Position numbers and translations under genes: made by a program. DNA of 59,495 nucleotides from an uncultured archaeon (GTDB taxonomy: Archaea > Aenigmatarchaeota > Aenigmatarchaeia > QMZP01 > JACQNV01), in assembly GCA_964410585.1 (NCBI GenBank), contig CAYPFW010000005.1, positions 1 to 59,495 on the forward strand, read 5' to 3'. The notes beneath the pieces were generated by a model, which did no database searches, was not told where the DNA came from, and was given only the letters and a program-made list of their open reading frames with translations. Positions within the stretch are counted from its first letter, which is position 1. Every line of letters begins with the position of its first letter. Positions 8,044 through 17,145 of the stretch are shown here, in pieces.

Positions 8044-8966
8044 TATATTTTCAAACCTTCGTCTATTTTAACTTCCATTGCTTTTCCGCCAGCTTTGTTT
8101 ATTGCATCAATAGCTTCTTTTATTTTCCCAGGAGCAAGTGCAAGCATATTGTCACCTATTCCAGCTCCAGAAATTTTTGCACCGACAGCTCCTACATGCT
8201 TTGCGGCAAAAATCAATTTTTCCAAAATCTCAGAACTAACACCTTCTGCATAAAGCATGCCTTGGTTAAAATTCATTAGCTGCCCGACTTTGTTCAAGTC
8301 ACCTTCTTTTATTGCTTTCTCAGCCTCCGAAGCTATTCTTCCCATGTTATCTATGATTGATTTCAAAATTTCAGGATAATCTTTTTCCAATTTTTTGACA
8401 GCCTCAACAATTGGCTTGCTTTTTGCTTTTATTCCTGTATTTCCGACAACAAGCGGCAGGCCTTTGTGTGGAATTTGAACAGGCACTTGATCCTTTATAT
8501 AATTTATAAGGCCGCCGTATGTCGATGCTGCGACATCTAGACCGCTTCCGAAGCCCTGTATTTCTTGTATTGTTTTTACACCAAACCTGAAAATTTTTTC
8601 TTTACCAAGATTTGTTTTAAAATATGTGTCCAGAGCACCCAGAGTTGCGACAACTGCCGCAGCAGAGGAACCAAACCCCTCCACTATTTCAGATTTTGTT
8701 TCAAGCTCAAAACCACCTGATTTTTTTGTCTCATCAAAAAAGTTTTTTATCGATGCTGAAACAAATTTCAGATCCTCTTCAGCTGTTGGATATTCTATAT
8801 TTTTCAGATTTTTTGAATTATTTGTCAGAAAAATCCTTCCGTCTGTTCTAGGTTTTAAAAAAACATGCAGTCTTTGATTTATTGCGAAAACAAGACAAGG
8901 TTTACCATGCCTTGATGCATGTTCGCCGAACAAAATAAGCTTAGCTGGAGCCGATGTGTGTATCAT
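8040..8966 (-). CDS. mvk: Mevalonate kinase (GHMP family)
   Basis: Motifs APAKLILFGEH, GFGSSAA, SGLD..ASTYGG, GAKISGAG.GD. Confidence 0.85.
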   Translation of the reverse strand: MIHTSAPAKLILFGEHASRHGKPCLVFAINQRLHVFLKPRTDGRIFLTNNSKNLKNIEYPTAEEDLKFVSASIKNFFDETKKSGGFELETKSEIVEGFGSSAAAVVATLGALDTYFKTNLGKEKIFRFGVKTIQEIQGFGSGLDVAASTYGGLINYIKDQVPVQIPHKGLPLVVGNTGIKAKSKPIVEAVKKLEKDYPEILKSIIDNMGRIASEAEKAIKEGDLNKVGQLMNFNQGMLYAEGVSSEILEKLIFAAKHVGAVGAKISGAGIGDNMLALAPGKIKEAIDAINKAGGKAMEVKIDEGLKIY

Positions 8967-9436
8967 GATACCTCCCCAATGAACGAGTCTATATTTTTTG
9001 AGGCAGATGAAAAAAGTTTGTCAAAGTTTTCTAAAATAGACTTCCCCTCTGCTGATTTTATATCAACTAAAAACCTTTCCTCTTTCTTCAACAAAATCTT
9101 GTCCCTTCCAATTATTGCGCTGTCAAAAACATCATCCGTATATCTTAAATCTAGGCCTCTGCTCTTTGCAATCTCTTTAAATCCTTCAATTAGTGTTTTT
9201 TTGTTTTTTGAGGCTTGAATAAGCTCTTTTGTTTTTTGTTTTGAGAACACATATTCTGCCTTCAAGATCTTGTTTTTTGTCCTAGAGGAAAGAAGATCAA
9301 AATATTTTTGCCTCCAAAAACTAGACCTTTCTTCTGGGATAATCAAAGCAGGCGAGTTTGATGCAAACCTCACTTTTGGCTCTTCCAATATTTTACAAGC
9401 CTCTTCATAAAATTCATCTTCTGTTAGTTTTTTCAT
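8963..9436 (-). CDS. Hypothetical protein within the mevalonate operon
   Basis: 157 aa, translationally coupled to mvk; faint TrmB-sensor/PLD-like appearance. Confidence 0.6.
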   Translation of the reverse strand: MKKLTEDEFYEEACKILEEPKVRFASNSPALIIPEERSSFWRQKYFDLLSSRTKNKILKAEYVFSKQKTKELIQASKNKKTLIEGFKEIAKSRGLDLRYTDDVFDSAIIGRDKILLKKEERFLVDIKSAEGKSILENFDKLFSSASKNIDSFIGEVS

Positions 9437-9437
9437 A

Positions 9438-10421
9438 TCAAAACAAATGGCCTTTTACAACTTTGGCTCCGTCTCCTGGTTTTCCAGATATTGCCTTTTG
9501 GACAACTTTTATTTCTTTTAGTCTTTTCAAAATTTCTTTTTCATCTTTCGGCTTACAGAGTATGTGAACATTTGCACCAGTATCTGCAGTATAGTATGCT
9601 TCCAAACCTTCTTCTCTCCAATCTTTAACAGCATGCATTATTTCAAGTGTTTCAGGCTGCCAATACAAGAGTATAGGCGTAGCTGTCAAGGCAGTTGCAT
9701 GAAGCAAGTTTGAATCTAGTTCTGCTAACTGGCCAATTGTTGTAAAATCTTTGTCTAAAATTGCCTGCCTGATTTTAGGCAGGGTTATTTCGTTCACTGC
9801 CTTTAGCCTAGCTGGATATAAAGGCGATGTTTTTTTTGCTATTTCCATCCCGCCCCTTGTGTCAAATTTCCTTGACTTTTTTGAAACAATGACAGCTATA
9901 TCCCTAATATCAAAATGGTTTTTATCTGCTATTTGTACAGCCACAGATTCTTTATCTCCGCCCATAACCCATTCAACATAGCCACCTAAAATTGACCTAC
10001 AAGAAGATCCAGAACCTCTCCTAGATATAATTGTCAGATCTTTCTCGCTCAATTTTAATCCTAAAGCAGAGCAAGCCGCAACTGTCAATGCCGCAAAACC
10101 AGAAGCAGAAGAAGCAAGGCCCATACCAATTGGGAAATTTATTTCAGCTGCGCCTTTAGCTTTCAAATCAACTCCGGCCAATTTTCTTATATAATCCAAA
10201 TGCTTTGTTGTCCTTTCCAAAACTTTACCTGTCGCAGGCTGACCATTTAATGTAGCTTGATCTTCTTTGTAATCGCTGGAAAACTCAACAGTACACTTTG
10301 TCCAATGGGAGTCTATTGTCAAGGAAATGTTGTTGTTTGCAGGTGTGTTAAATTCAACACTATCTTTTCCCCAATACTTCACAAGCGCAGTGTTTGTGTT
10401 TGCGATTGCAGTTGATTTCAT
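9438..10421 (-). CDS. mvaD: MvaD-family (di/mono/bis-phospho)mevalonate decarboxylase
   Basis: Motifs NTALVKYWGK, GLASSASGFAAL, RRGSGSSCRS, TADTGANVH (catalytic Asp kept). Confidence 0.9.
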   Translation of the reverse strand: MKSTAIANTNTALVKYWGKDSVEFNTPANNNISLTIDSHWTKCTVEFSSDYKEDQATLNGQPATGKVLERTTKHLDYIRKLAGVDLKAKGAAEINFPIGMGLASSASGFAALTVAACSALGLKLSEKDLTIISRRGSGSSCRSILGGYVEWVMGGDKESVAVQIADKNHFDIRDIAVIVSKKSRKFDTRGGMEIAKKTSPLYPARLKAVNEITLPKIRQAILDKDFTTIGQLAELDSNLLHATALTATPILLYWQPETLEIMHAVKDWREEGLEAYYTADTGANVHILCKPKDEKEILKRLKEIKVVQKAISGKPGDGAKVVKGHLF

Positions 10422-11302
10422 TTGCCAAACCTCTTTCTTTCTTCTTCAAACTTTTCTATTATTTTTTTGTCGTCGGTTTTTTTACCTTCTTCAGCCATCT
10501 TATTCAGCAGTTTTACCCTTTCAAAAATTATATCAAATATTTTTTCTTTTCCAACATTCCAATTATCTGTTGCAACAGTTGGTATATTGTATTGTCTTGC
10601 TTGTTTACATTGATATTCCTGCATCATTTTGTATTTGTCTAGTATTTCTAAAAACCTTAGAGACTGTCCTTTTAGATGAGTCATTTTGTCCCTGACATAA
10701 ATCCTTCTTTTCCACTCTTCTTCTGAATCAATCCTCAAAACAATTGGGATTATCGATGGGTGTTTCAAAACCTCTGAATTATATTGGGAAGGCAAAAAGT
10801 GCAAATACTCGCCAACTATTGATTCGCCATCGCGAATGCCCCTATCAACAATTATCCTTTCCATTGCTTGGTTTACAAGCCTTGCTTGAAGCTCAAAACC
10901 TTTTAAAATATTTTCCTCTGTTTCCTGACCAAAAAACTTCCAGGCATCGTAGACAGATGAAAAAAATTCTGGGTGTTTTTCTTTTGAAACAAATTCCCTT
11001 AAAGCTGCCCTGAAGGCATCGCCACCCATTACAATTCCTATGCCAAAAGCCGAAGCAACCTCCCTTGCCATTGTTGTTTTTCCAGCGCATGGAAGTGCAG
11101 CAATTATCGGAAGTATTGGCTCTTTTTGTTTTCCTTCAGAAATTAGAAGCTTGTATTTTTTGAATGTCAGATATCTGTCCAAATATTTTTCGCCTTTTTC
11201 AGAAAGCGCCTTTTCTATACTCTCTGATTTCAGAACATCTGCTATTCCATCTAAATCTAAGCCAGTTGAAAGCAACAAAGATTTTTCACCATCGTATAGC
11301 AT
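10418..11302 (-). CDS. Mevalonate-3-phosphate 5-kinase-like (2-phosphoglycerate kinase family P-loop kinase)
   Basis: P-loop ALPCAGKTT, D..R..LR, SVYDAWKFFG..ENI..G...QA, as recalled for Thermoplasma M3P5K; located in the MVA operon. Confidence 0.75.
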   Translation of the reverse strand: MLYDGEKSLLLSTGLDLDGIADVLKSESIEKALSEKGEKYLDRYLTFKKYKLLISEGKQKEPILPIIAALPCAGKTTMAREVASAFGIGIVMGGDAFRAALREFVSKEKHPEFFSSVYDAWKFFGQETEENILKGFELQARLVNQAMERIIVDRGIRDGESIVGEYLHFLPSQYNSEVLKHPSIIPIVLRIDSEEEWKRRIYVRDKMTHLKGQSLRFLEILDKYKMMQEYQCKQARQYNIPTVATDNWNVGKEKIFDIIFERVKLLNKMAEEGKKTDDKKIIEKFEEERKRFGK

Positions 11303-11306
11303 AAGA

Positions 11307-12272
11307 TTATTCAGATTTTATCACTCTAGCCCCAGATGCAACTTTATATCTCACAGGTTTGTGGCCTCTTTTAATTAACTCTTGTTCTACTTTTTCAGCT
11401 TCTGATCCCCATGAAAACAAATTTATTACCCTACCACCACCAGCTGTCCAATAAATAGGTAATCCTGAAGCACGTATCTCTTCCACATCTATGCATACGT
11501 TCATCATTTCCTTTCTTCTACATCTTCTTCCAGAACTTTCAATCAAATAGTGAGCGTTATTGCAATTGTCTTCTGCATTTTCAAAAACAAGTTTCCAGTT
11601 CTTTGTTAAAAGGCCCAATTTTATTTGAGCTATCCATTCAGGAATCCTTTTGAGTCTATACTCATAAAAAGGGTTGCTTCTGGTCAATTGGAATATTTCT
11701 TCTGCAGACACTCTGCTTTCATAATCAAATTCCAATCCAAATATTTTTATATCCTTAAGATCTTCCTCAGAAGCAACCTGTCTAGCAAAAAACAAGGGGG
11801 AAGGCGTCACAGCCAAAATATTTATTCCACCATACACTGCCCTTATTGCAGATTCAGAGACACTGTTTGCTAATCTTGCTATTTCGTCTTGTGGCAGCTT
11901 TGCTTGGAATAATTCGTTTAGCGCGACTGTTAAAGCTGCAGCACCTGAATCTGAAGAACCGGAATAGATTTTGTAATTATTTGACGTCGCTTTTATTCCA
12001 ACATTGTTTCCTGTCAATTTATTAAAATGATTTACAAGAGCCTCGACAGTTTTTAGCCTTAACAAATCAAGAGGCTTCCCATCAACAACAAAACTTGTGA
12101 GGCCTTTCCCATTTGGATTTACCTCTACAACTGTTTCTGTTCTTTTTTCTTCTTTCTCATCTGTTATCGACAAACCCATTGTATCGTGTAGTGGAACTCT
12201 ATCATCTCTTATGGAAGAATTAAATACAATTGGAATTGTTGGATAAGCAACCGCTGTTACTTTAATTTTCAT
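11307..12272 (-). CDS. Mevalonate 3-kinase-like (Thermoplasma-type; MDD fold without decarboxylase residues)
   Basis: AYPTI, R.PLH, SGSSD.GAA, VSESA.R...GG, FDY motifs as recalled for Ta1305; lacks the KYWGK Lys and the DAGPN Asp. Confidence 0.82.
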   Translation of the reverse strand: MKIKVTAVAYPTIPIVFNSSIRDDRVPLHDTMGLSITDEKEEKRTETVVEVNPNGKGLTSFVVDGKPLDLLRLKTVEALVNHFNKLTGNNVGIKATSNNYKIYSGSSDSGAAALTVALNELFQAKLPQDEIARLANSVSESAIRAVYGGINILAVTPSPLFFARQVASEEDLKDIKIFGLEFDYESRVSAEEIFQLTRSNPFYEYRLKRIPEWIAQIKLGLLTKNWKLVFENAEDNCNNAHYLIESSGRRCRRKEMMNVCIDVEEIRASGLPIYWTAGGGRVINLFSWGSEAEKVEQELIKRGHKPVRYKVASGARVIKSE

Positions 12273-12314
12273 AACATATCATAGAAAGGGAAGTTTTAAG
12301 TATGTTCAAATTCA

Positions 12315-12329
12315 TATAACACTGTTATA
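12315..12329. promoter_or_regulatory. 15-bp palindrome TATAACACTGTTATA (copy 3)
   Basis: Upstream of the MVA operon, abutting an orphan gene tail. Confidence 0.75.
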
Positions 12330-12333
12330 TTAA

Positions 12334-12423
12334 GGAACAAAACAGTTAGGGAAATGGAGAGAAAACGGCATCTATTTGCTAGAAGACGTTACAATAGACA
12401 AACAAGGAATAAGAGTTGAATAG
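12334..12423 (+). pseudogene. Orphan 3' tail of a GHMP kinase (phosphomevalonate-kinase-like)
   Basis: Start-less frame GTKQLGKWRENGIYLLEDVTIDKQGIRVE*; W..xGI..L plus GxRxE ending resembles PMK/GHMP C-termini. Confidence 0.45.
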
Positions 12424-12464
12424 TGTGATAACTTTAAATATCAATTGATACTAAATATTATCAT

Positions 12465-12989
12465 ATGATAAGAAAAAGTATCAAAGATAAAGTAAAAGAA
12501 TATTTTTTTATCAATCCAAGCGCGAGATTAAGAGTAAGGCACATAGAAAAAACAGTGAAGATACCTCTTCCTTCAGCTATCAAATATTCAGATGAACTGG
12601 AAAAAGAAGGTATACTAAAAAGTTCAATTGTTTCTGGTGTAAAATTATACACAGCAGACAGATCATCAGAAGCATTTCTCTTAGAAAAGAAATTGTTTAA
12701 TATCAAAGGCCTCTATACATCAGGTTTAGTTAAACATCTAATAGAGGAACATCAAAACCCAACAGTTGTTGTTTTTGGTTCATATGCAAAAGGTGAAGAC
12801 ATTGAAACAAGCGACATAGACTTGTATATAGAGTCTACAAAAAAAATCAACCTCGATAAATTTGAAAGCATTCTGAAAAGAAAAATCCAAGTTTTTGCAT
12901 ACAAAAACATTAAGAGTATAGAGAACAAACAGCTATCGAATAGCATAATAAACGGCATTGTACTAAACGGGTTTTTGGAGGTTTTATGA
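12465..12989 (+). CDS. HTH-MNT nucleotidyltransferase (MntA-like antitoxin)
   Basis: N-terminal wHTH; FGSYAKGED...SDIDL motif. Confidence 0.85.
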   Translation: MIRKSIKDKVKEYFFINPSARLRVRHIEKTVKIPLPSAIKYSDELEKEGILKSSIVSGVKLYTADRSSEAFLLEKKLFNIKGLYTSGLVKHLIEEHQNPTVVVFGSYAKGEDIETSDIDLYIESTKKINLDKFESILKRKIQVFAYKNIKSIENKQLSNSIINGIVLNGFLEVL

Positions 12990-13408
12990 GAGAGTCCTCG
13001 TGGTTTGAGTGCCTTGAAAATAATACAACAACAAAAATAACTCCAAATCCGGCTAAAATTAAATCGCTACTGGAAACATCATTAGGAAGAATCAGCTTTT
13101 TGAAAAACAATACTATTACAGAAGAAAACGCAAGGTATATTTTTGAAGGGTACTATTCATCTGTTTTGGAAACTTTGCATGCATTAGCTATATCCAAAGG
13201 ATTCAATGTTTTGAACCATCTATGTCTTGGCTATTTTTTGAAAAACGTCATACAAAGAGATGACTTATACCGCCTTTTCGATGATTGCAGGATTAAAAGG
13301 AACCTTATAGTATATTACGGGAGGAAGTTAGACAAAGAAACAGCTACAAAATCCATAGAAAACTCTTTGAATCTAATAAAAGAATTAAATGCTTTAATCA
13401 AGATTTAA
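12986..13408 (+). CDS. HEPN-domain protein (toxin-like)
   Basis: Y.S.LE..HA..., NH.C and R..RN...YYG motifs; overlaps the MNT gene by 4 nt. Confidence 0.75.
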   Translation: MRESSWFECLENNTTTKITPNPAKIKSLLETSLGRISFLKNNTITEENARYIFEGYYSSVLETLHALAISKGFNVLNHLCLGYFLKNVIQRDDLYRLFDDCRIKRNLIVYYGRKLDKETATKSIENSLNLIKELNALIKI

Positions 13409-13409
13409 T

Positions 13410-13766
13410 ATGGTCTTAGAAATTCTCGAGTTTGTTAGAAGCATACTATCTGCCTTACCAATACCAACAGACATATCTTTGCTAATCATTGCTTTTGTTG
13501 CTATTTATGCAGCATATAGAATTTTCAAGTTGGTTCTACACATCATTGGAGCTGGCATACTTGGTGCCTTATTCCCACCTTTCTCAAATTATTTTCTTGG
13601 GTCTCAAATCCCAATTACTTTTGAATCAATTATCACATATGCTTTAGTCGCAATTGGTATCATGTATGTCATCCTTTTAATAAAAGGAATTTATCATTTG
13701 ATAAAATACGCGACTTGGCCTTTCAGACATCATAAGAAAGAGACAAAAGAACAAAAGAAGAATTAA
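13410..13766 (+). CDS. Hypothetical membrane protein
   Basis: 118 aa with 3 hydrophobic segments. Confidence 0.65.
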   Translation: MVLEILEFVRSILSALPIPTDISLLIIAFVAIYAAYRIFKLVLHIIGAGILGALFPPFSNYFLGSQIPITFESIITYALVAIGIMYVILLIKGIYHLIKYATWPFRHHKKETKEQKKN

Positions 13767-15916
13767 AACAATCTCTCCCTTGATTTTTGCAAAAGTATCT
13801 TCCTCTCAATCCTTGCGACAGAAGATTTTATATCATTTGGCGAAGATATGAAATCAATCCCATTCTCTATAGCTGTTTCAAGTAGCTTTTGGTCAACATT
13901 GCCATCAAGACCCACTTTTATCACATGCTTTTTGCATGCCTGTATAACATCTTTCACCAACTTCAAAACAGAAGGATCTGATTCTGAATATAGCTTAGAT
14001 ACATTTGGGTTTGACTTGTCAACACCAAGAACAAGTTGAGACAAGTCTGATATGTTTATGCAAACACAATCAACCTTTTGCTTGCAAAACTCATCTATTG
14101 AAAGAGCACATGAAGGCGTGTCGCAAGAAATTCCAATTTTCAAAGAAAAATCAATTCTTTTTTTCACTTCCTGAAGCTCATCTGTGTTTGTTACAAAAGG
14201 CAAAAGGAAACAAACATTGGTTAATCCTTGCTCTTGGGCTTTTTTCAAGGCATCTAATTCATACCTCAGTATATCTTCGTCTAGCATCCTTCTTATTCCT
14301 CTAAAACCCAACAATGGATTTTCCTCTTTTGGGTCCTCTGTTTCCAGGTTTTGGAATTCATTTGTCTTAACATCCAAGCTCCTATACCACACTTGTTTTG
14401 GGTAGAATTTTTTTGCATTCTCAACTATGTAGCTTGTTAAAATCTGTACAAATTCATCTGGATTTGAAACTGCGACTTGTATAGGATGTTTCCCTTGGTC
14501 TGAAAACATTTGTTCTGCTCTAATAATGCAGCCATCTGAATCTACATGTGAAAAAATCTCTGTTCCTGTTATTATTTTTCCTGTATCTGATCCAGGCGGC
14601 TCTTTAACAAAAGTCTCAGTTGAATAAATTTTTCCGTTGGCTATTTCTAAATTGTCATTTTCTTTTAACTGAAAGCCAGATCCGATAATACATGGAACAC
14701 CAAACTCCCTTGCTGTGATAGCTATATCGTTTGATAAACCAACATCTTCCAAGAGTATGCCACCAAATTTTCCAAAATGCAAATATATTTCTGGGAAATT
14801 TTTAGCCAAAACAATGTCACTTTGTTCTATTTTGTTTAAGTCTTCTATGTTGGAAACAATTTTTAATTTTCCTTTAACAATTCCAGGAGAAGCTGCTAAC
14901 CCATGATAAACCATCCTTCCTGTTGGTTCTTCTACGGTTTGTTGGCTCAACTTCAGGCTTCTAGATTGCATTAAAAATGTTTTTGCCCTTTCTGAGCACC
15001 ATTCAATGTCTTGAGGTCCATATTCAGATTCCATTCTCAAAGCTACTTCCCATAATTTCCTAATTTCAAAGTCATTCAGGACTTGCATGTTTACCCTATC
15101 TTCTGGCACCCTCTCTCTCATTGTATTTCCAATTTGATCTCTTCTAAGTTGGATTGGCTTTTTTGATATTTTCTTTTCTATGATCCTTCCACTTGCTTTT
15201 TCTACAAGATACAGATCTGGAACAACTAAACCCAAGGAAATCGATTGACCCAAACCCCACACAGCTTCAACAACAATCTGATTTTTATCTCCTGTACAAG
15301 GGTGAGACGTATAAACAACACCAGACTTTTCTGCATTCACCATTTTTTGTATGACAATTGCAGGAACAGACTTTTCTATTTTTTTCTTTTTAGAATATGC
15401 GAGTGCCCTAGGAGAATAAACAGACACCCAACATCTTTTAACAGCTTCTAAAATTTTTTCAGAACCTGAGACATTTAAGAAAGACTTTGTTTGTCCGGGA
15501 AATTGGTTAGTTGGCGAAACCCTAACAGAAACAAAAACTTTATCCCTACCTGTTCTTATTATGTCTAATGCTCTTTCATTTATCGTTTTTATTTCAGCTC
15601 CAAAGGACAGCTTATCATATGCTGAAATTATTTCTTTTTGTATATCGTCTTGGATATTTCCAGAAAGTATAAGACCTTCTATATATTTTGATTTTTCCTT
15701 CAAGTCGCTTGGATTGTTAACATCTAAAGAAGATAAGGCAAAATCTATTTTTTCCTGCAATCTATTTTCTTTTACAAACCTTTCAAAAGCATCTGTTGTC
15801 AAAACAAAACCAGGTGAAATGGGAAATCCTATTTTATTCATTTCACCAACAGAAGATCCTCTAGTGCCTGCTTTTCCTGTTGATTTATCAACTGCTACTA
15901 AGTCTAAAACATACAT
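13763..15916 (-). CDS. PEP synthase/pyruvate-water dikinase homolog, probably catalytically inactive
   Basis: Full PpsA domain order (IQKMV..SGV, EAVWGLG, QDIEW, AREFGVP, ENPLLGFRGIR), but the phospho-His and C-terminal Cys motifs are replaced. Confidence 0.85.
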   Translation of the reverse strand: MYVLDLVAVDKSTGKAGTRGSSVGEMNKIGFPISPGFVLTTDAFERFVKENRLQEKIDFALSSLDVNNPSDLKEKSKYIEGLILSGNIQDDIQKEIISAYDKLSFGAEIKTINERALDIIRTGRDKVFVSVRVSPTNQFPGQTKSFLNVSGSEKILEAVKRCWVSVYSPRALAYSKKKKIEKSVPAIVIQKMVNAEKSGVVYTSHPCTGDKNQIVVEAVWGLGQSISLGLVVPDLYLVEKASGRIIEKKISKKPIQLRRDQIGNTMRERVPEDRVNMQVLNDFEIRKLWEVALRMESEYGPQDIEWCSERAKTFLMQSRSLKLSQQTVEEPTGRMVYHGLAASPGIVKGKLKIVSNIEDLNKIEQSDIVLAKNFPEIYLHFGKFGGILLEDVGLSNDIAITAREFGVPCIIGSGFQLKENDNLEIANGKIYSTETFVKEPPGSDTGKIITGTEIFSHVDSDGCIIRAEQMFSDQGKHPIQVAVSNPDEFVQILTSYIVENAKKFYPKQVWYRSLDVKTNEFQNLETEDPKEENPLLGFRGIRRMLDEDILRYELDALKKAQEQGLTNVCFLLPFVTNTDELQEVKKRIDFSLKIGISCDTPSCALSIDEFCKQKVDCVCINISDLSQLVLGVDKSNPNVSKLYSESDPSVLKLVKDVIQACKKHVIKVGLDGNVDQKLLETAIENGIDFISSPNDIKSSVARIERKILLQKSRERLF

Positions 15917-15947
15917 AGAAGTAATTAGAACAAAAGTTTTAATAGCA

Positions 15948-16481
15948 TTATTGAGCTATTGGAGGTAGATCTTCCACAATTTGGCAGACCATAGGGAATT
16001 TTGAAGAAGCAAGCTTTAAGGCCTTCTTTGCATCTGGAACAAAATTAGAAACAATTTTCAACTCGATCATTCTTTGACCTTCTTTAACTTGAGCTGCTTT
16101 TCCTGCAGGCCGACCAAAGGCCAACCTCATACCAGATTGGTACCTGTCTGCACCAGCGCCTGTTGCCATTGCATTTTCTCTCATTATGTGATGAGGATAT
16201 ATTAAAAATCTCAAATAATAATTGTTCAAACCCATTGTTTTGTCTAAATATCTTGATACTGCAATTCTTGCAGCTTCCAATGCATTGTGCCTTATTTGCA
16301 CATGGTTTTTAGAAATCAAATAAAAAGTTTTGTCAAATTGCTTGTTCTTGTCACCTGTGATAAATACATGTATCTTTGTTTCAGGCACAGCCTTTACATA
16401 ACCTTTTCTAGGCTTCCTTTGGCTAACCCTAGTATAAGGACGCTTCACTGTTCTATAGCACCGTGCTGGCCTAAGCCCCAT
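15948..16481 (-). CDS. rpl10e: 50S ribosomal protein uL16 (L10e)
   Basis: MGLRPARCYR, IRHNALEAARI, GAGADRYQSGMRLAFG. Confidence 0.97.
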   Translation of the reverse strand: MGLRPARCYRTVKRPYTRVSQRKPRKGYVKAVPETKIHVFITGDKNKQFDKTFYLISKNHVQIRHNALEAARIAVSRYLDKTMGLNNYYLRFLIYPHHIMRENAMATGAGADRYQSGMRLAFGRPAGKAAQVKEGQRMIELKIVSNFVPDAKKALKLASSKFPMVCQIVEDLPPIAQ

Positions 16482-16525
16482 ATTTTACCTCAATCTCCTT
16501 ATTAAACACCCAATATTTATATACC

Positions 16526-17098
16526 TTATTTGCCTGAAAATTCCTTGTAAACCTTTGTTTCGTCAACTGATTCTTGCTTGTTGTATTTTGTGTCTTTCCT
16601 TTCTCCATATGGCCTTTCTGAAGGCGAACTAAGCTGGTGAAAGGTAAGTTTAACTATCCTCATTCCAGGATAAATTGCAACAGGCATGCGAGATAGGTTG
16701 GTTATTTCCAAAACCAAATGACCTTCCCATCCTGGATTAACAGAAGATGATGTTGTATGGACAACTATTCCAAGCCTACCTAAACTTGATTTGCCATCAA
16801 TTGAACCAACCAAATCAGCAGGCATTTTCACATACTCTTTGATTTTAGCTAAAACAAATTCCCCTGGATGAACAATAAATGGCTCGCTGTCCTTTAGGAT
16901 AATTTTTTCAGTATAATTGTCTGTTGGTTTTTTTGTGTCAATATATGGTGTTGAGTTAAGCTTGAAAACTCTGAATTCATTATCTAGCCTTAAATCTATT
17001 CCAGCCGGTTGAACCTGTATTTCAAGGTCTTCCAAAGGTTCTATAACCAACTTTCTTTCCTTCAAAAGTTTTTTAATTTCATGATCAGGCAATATCAT
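16526..17098 (-). CDS. dcd: dCTP deaminase
   Basis: QPAGIDLRL, GKSSLGRLG, PGWEGHLVLEI. Confidence 0.93.
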   Translation of the reverse strand: MILPDHEIKKLLKERKLVIEPLEDLEIQVQPAGIDLRLDNEFRVFKLNSTPYIDTKKPTDNYTEKIILKDSEPFIVHPGEFVLAKIKEYVKMPADLVGSIDGKSSLGRLGIVVHTTSSSVNPGWEGHLVLEITNLSRMPVAIYPGMRIVKLTFHQLSSPSERPYGERKDTKYNKQESVDETKVYKEFSGK

Positions 17099-17145
17099 AA
17101 CAACTAATGAATTAATAATTTATAAATGGTTGTATAGTATTATCT

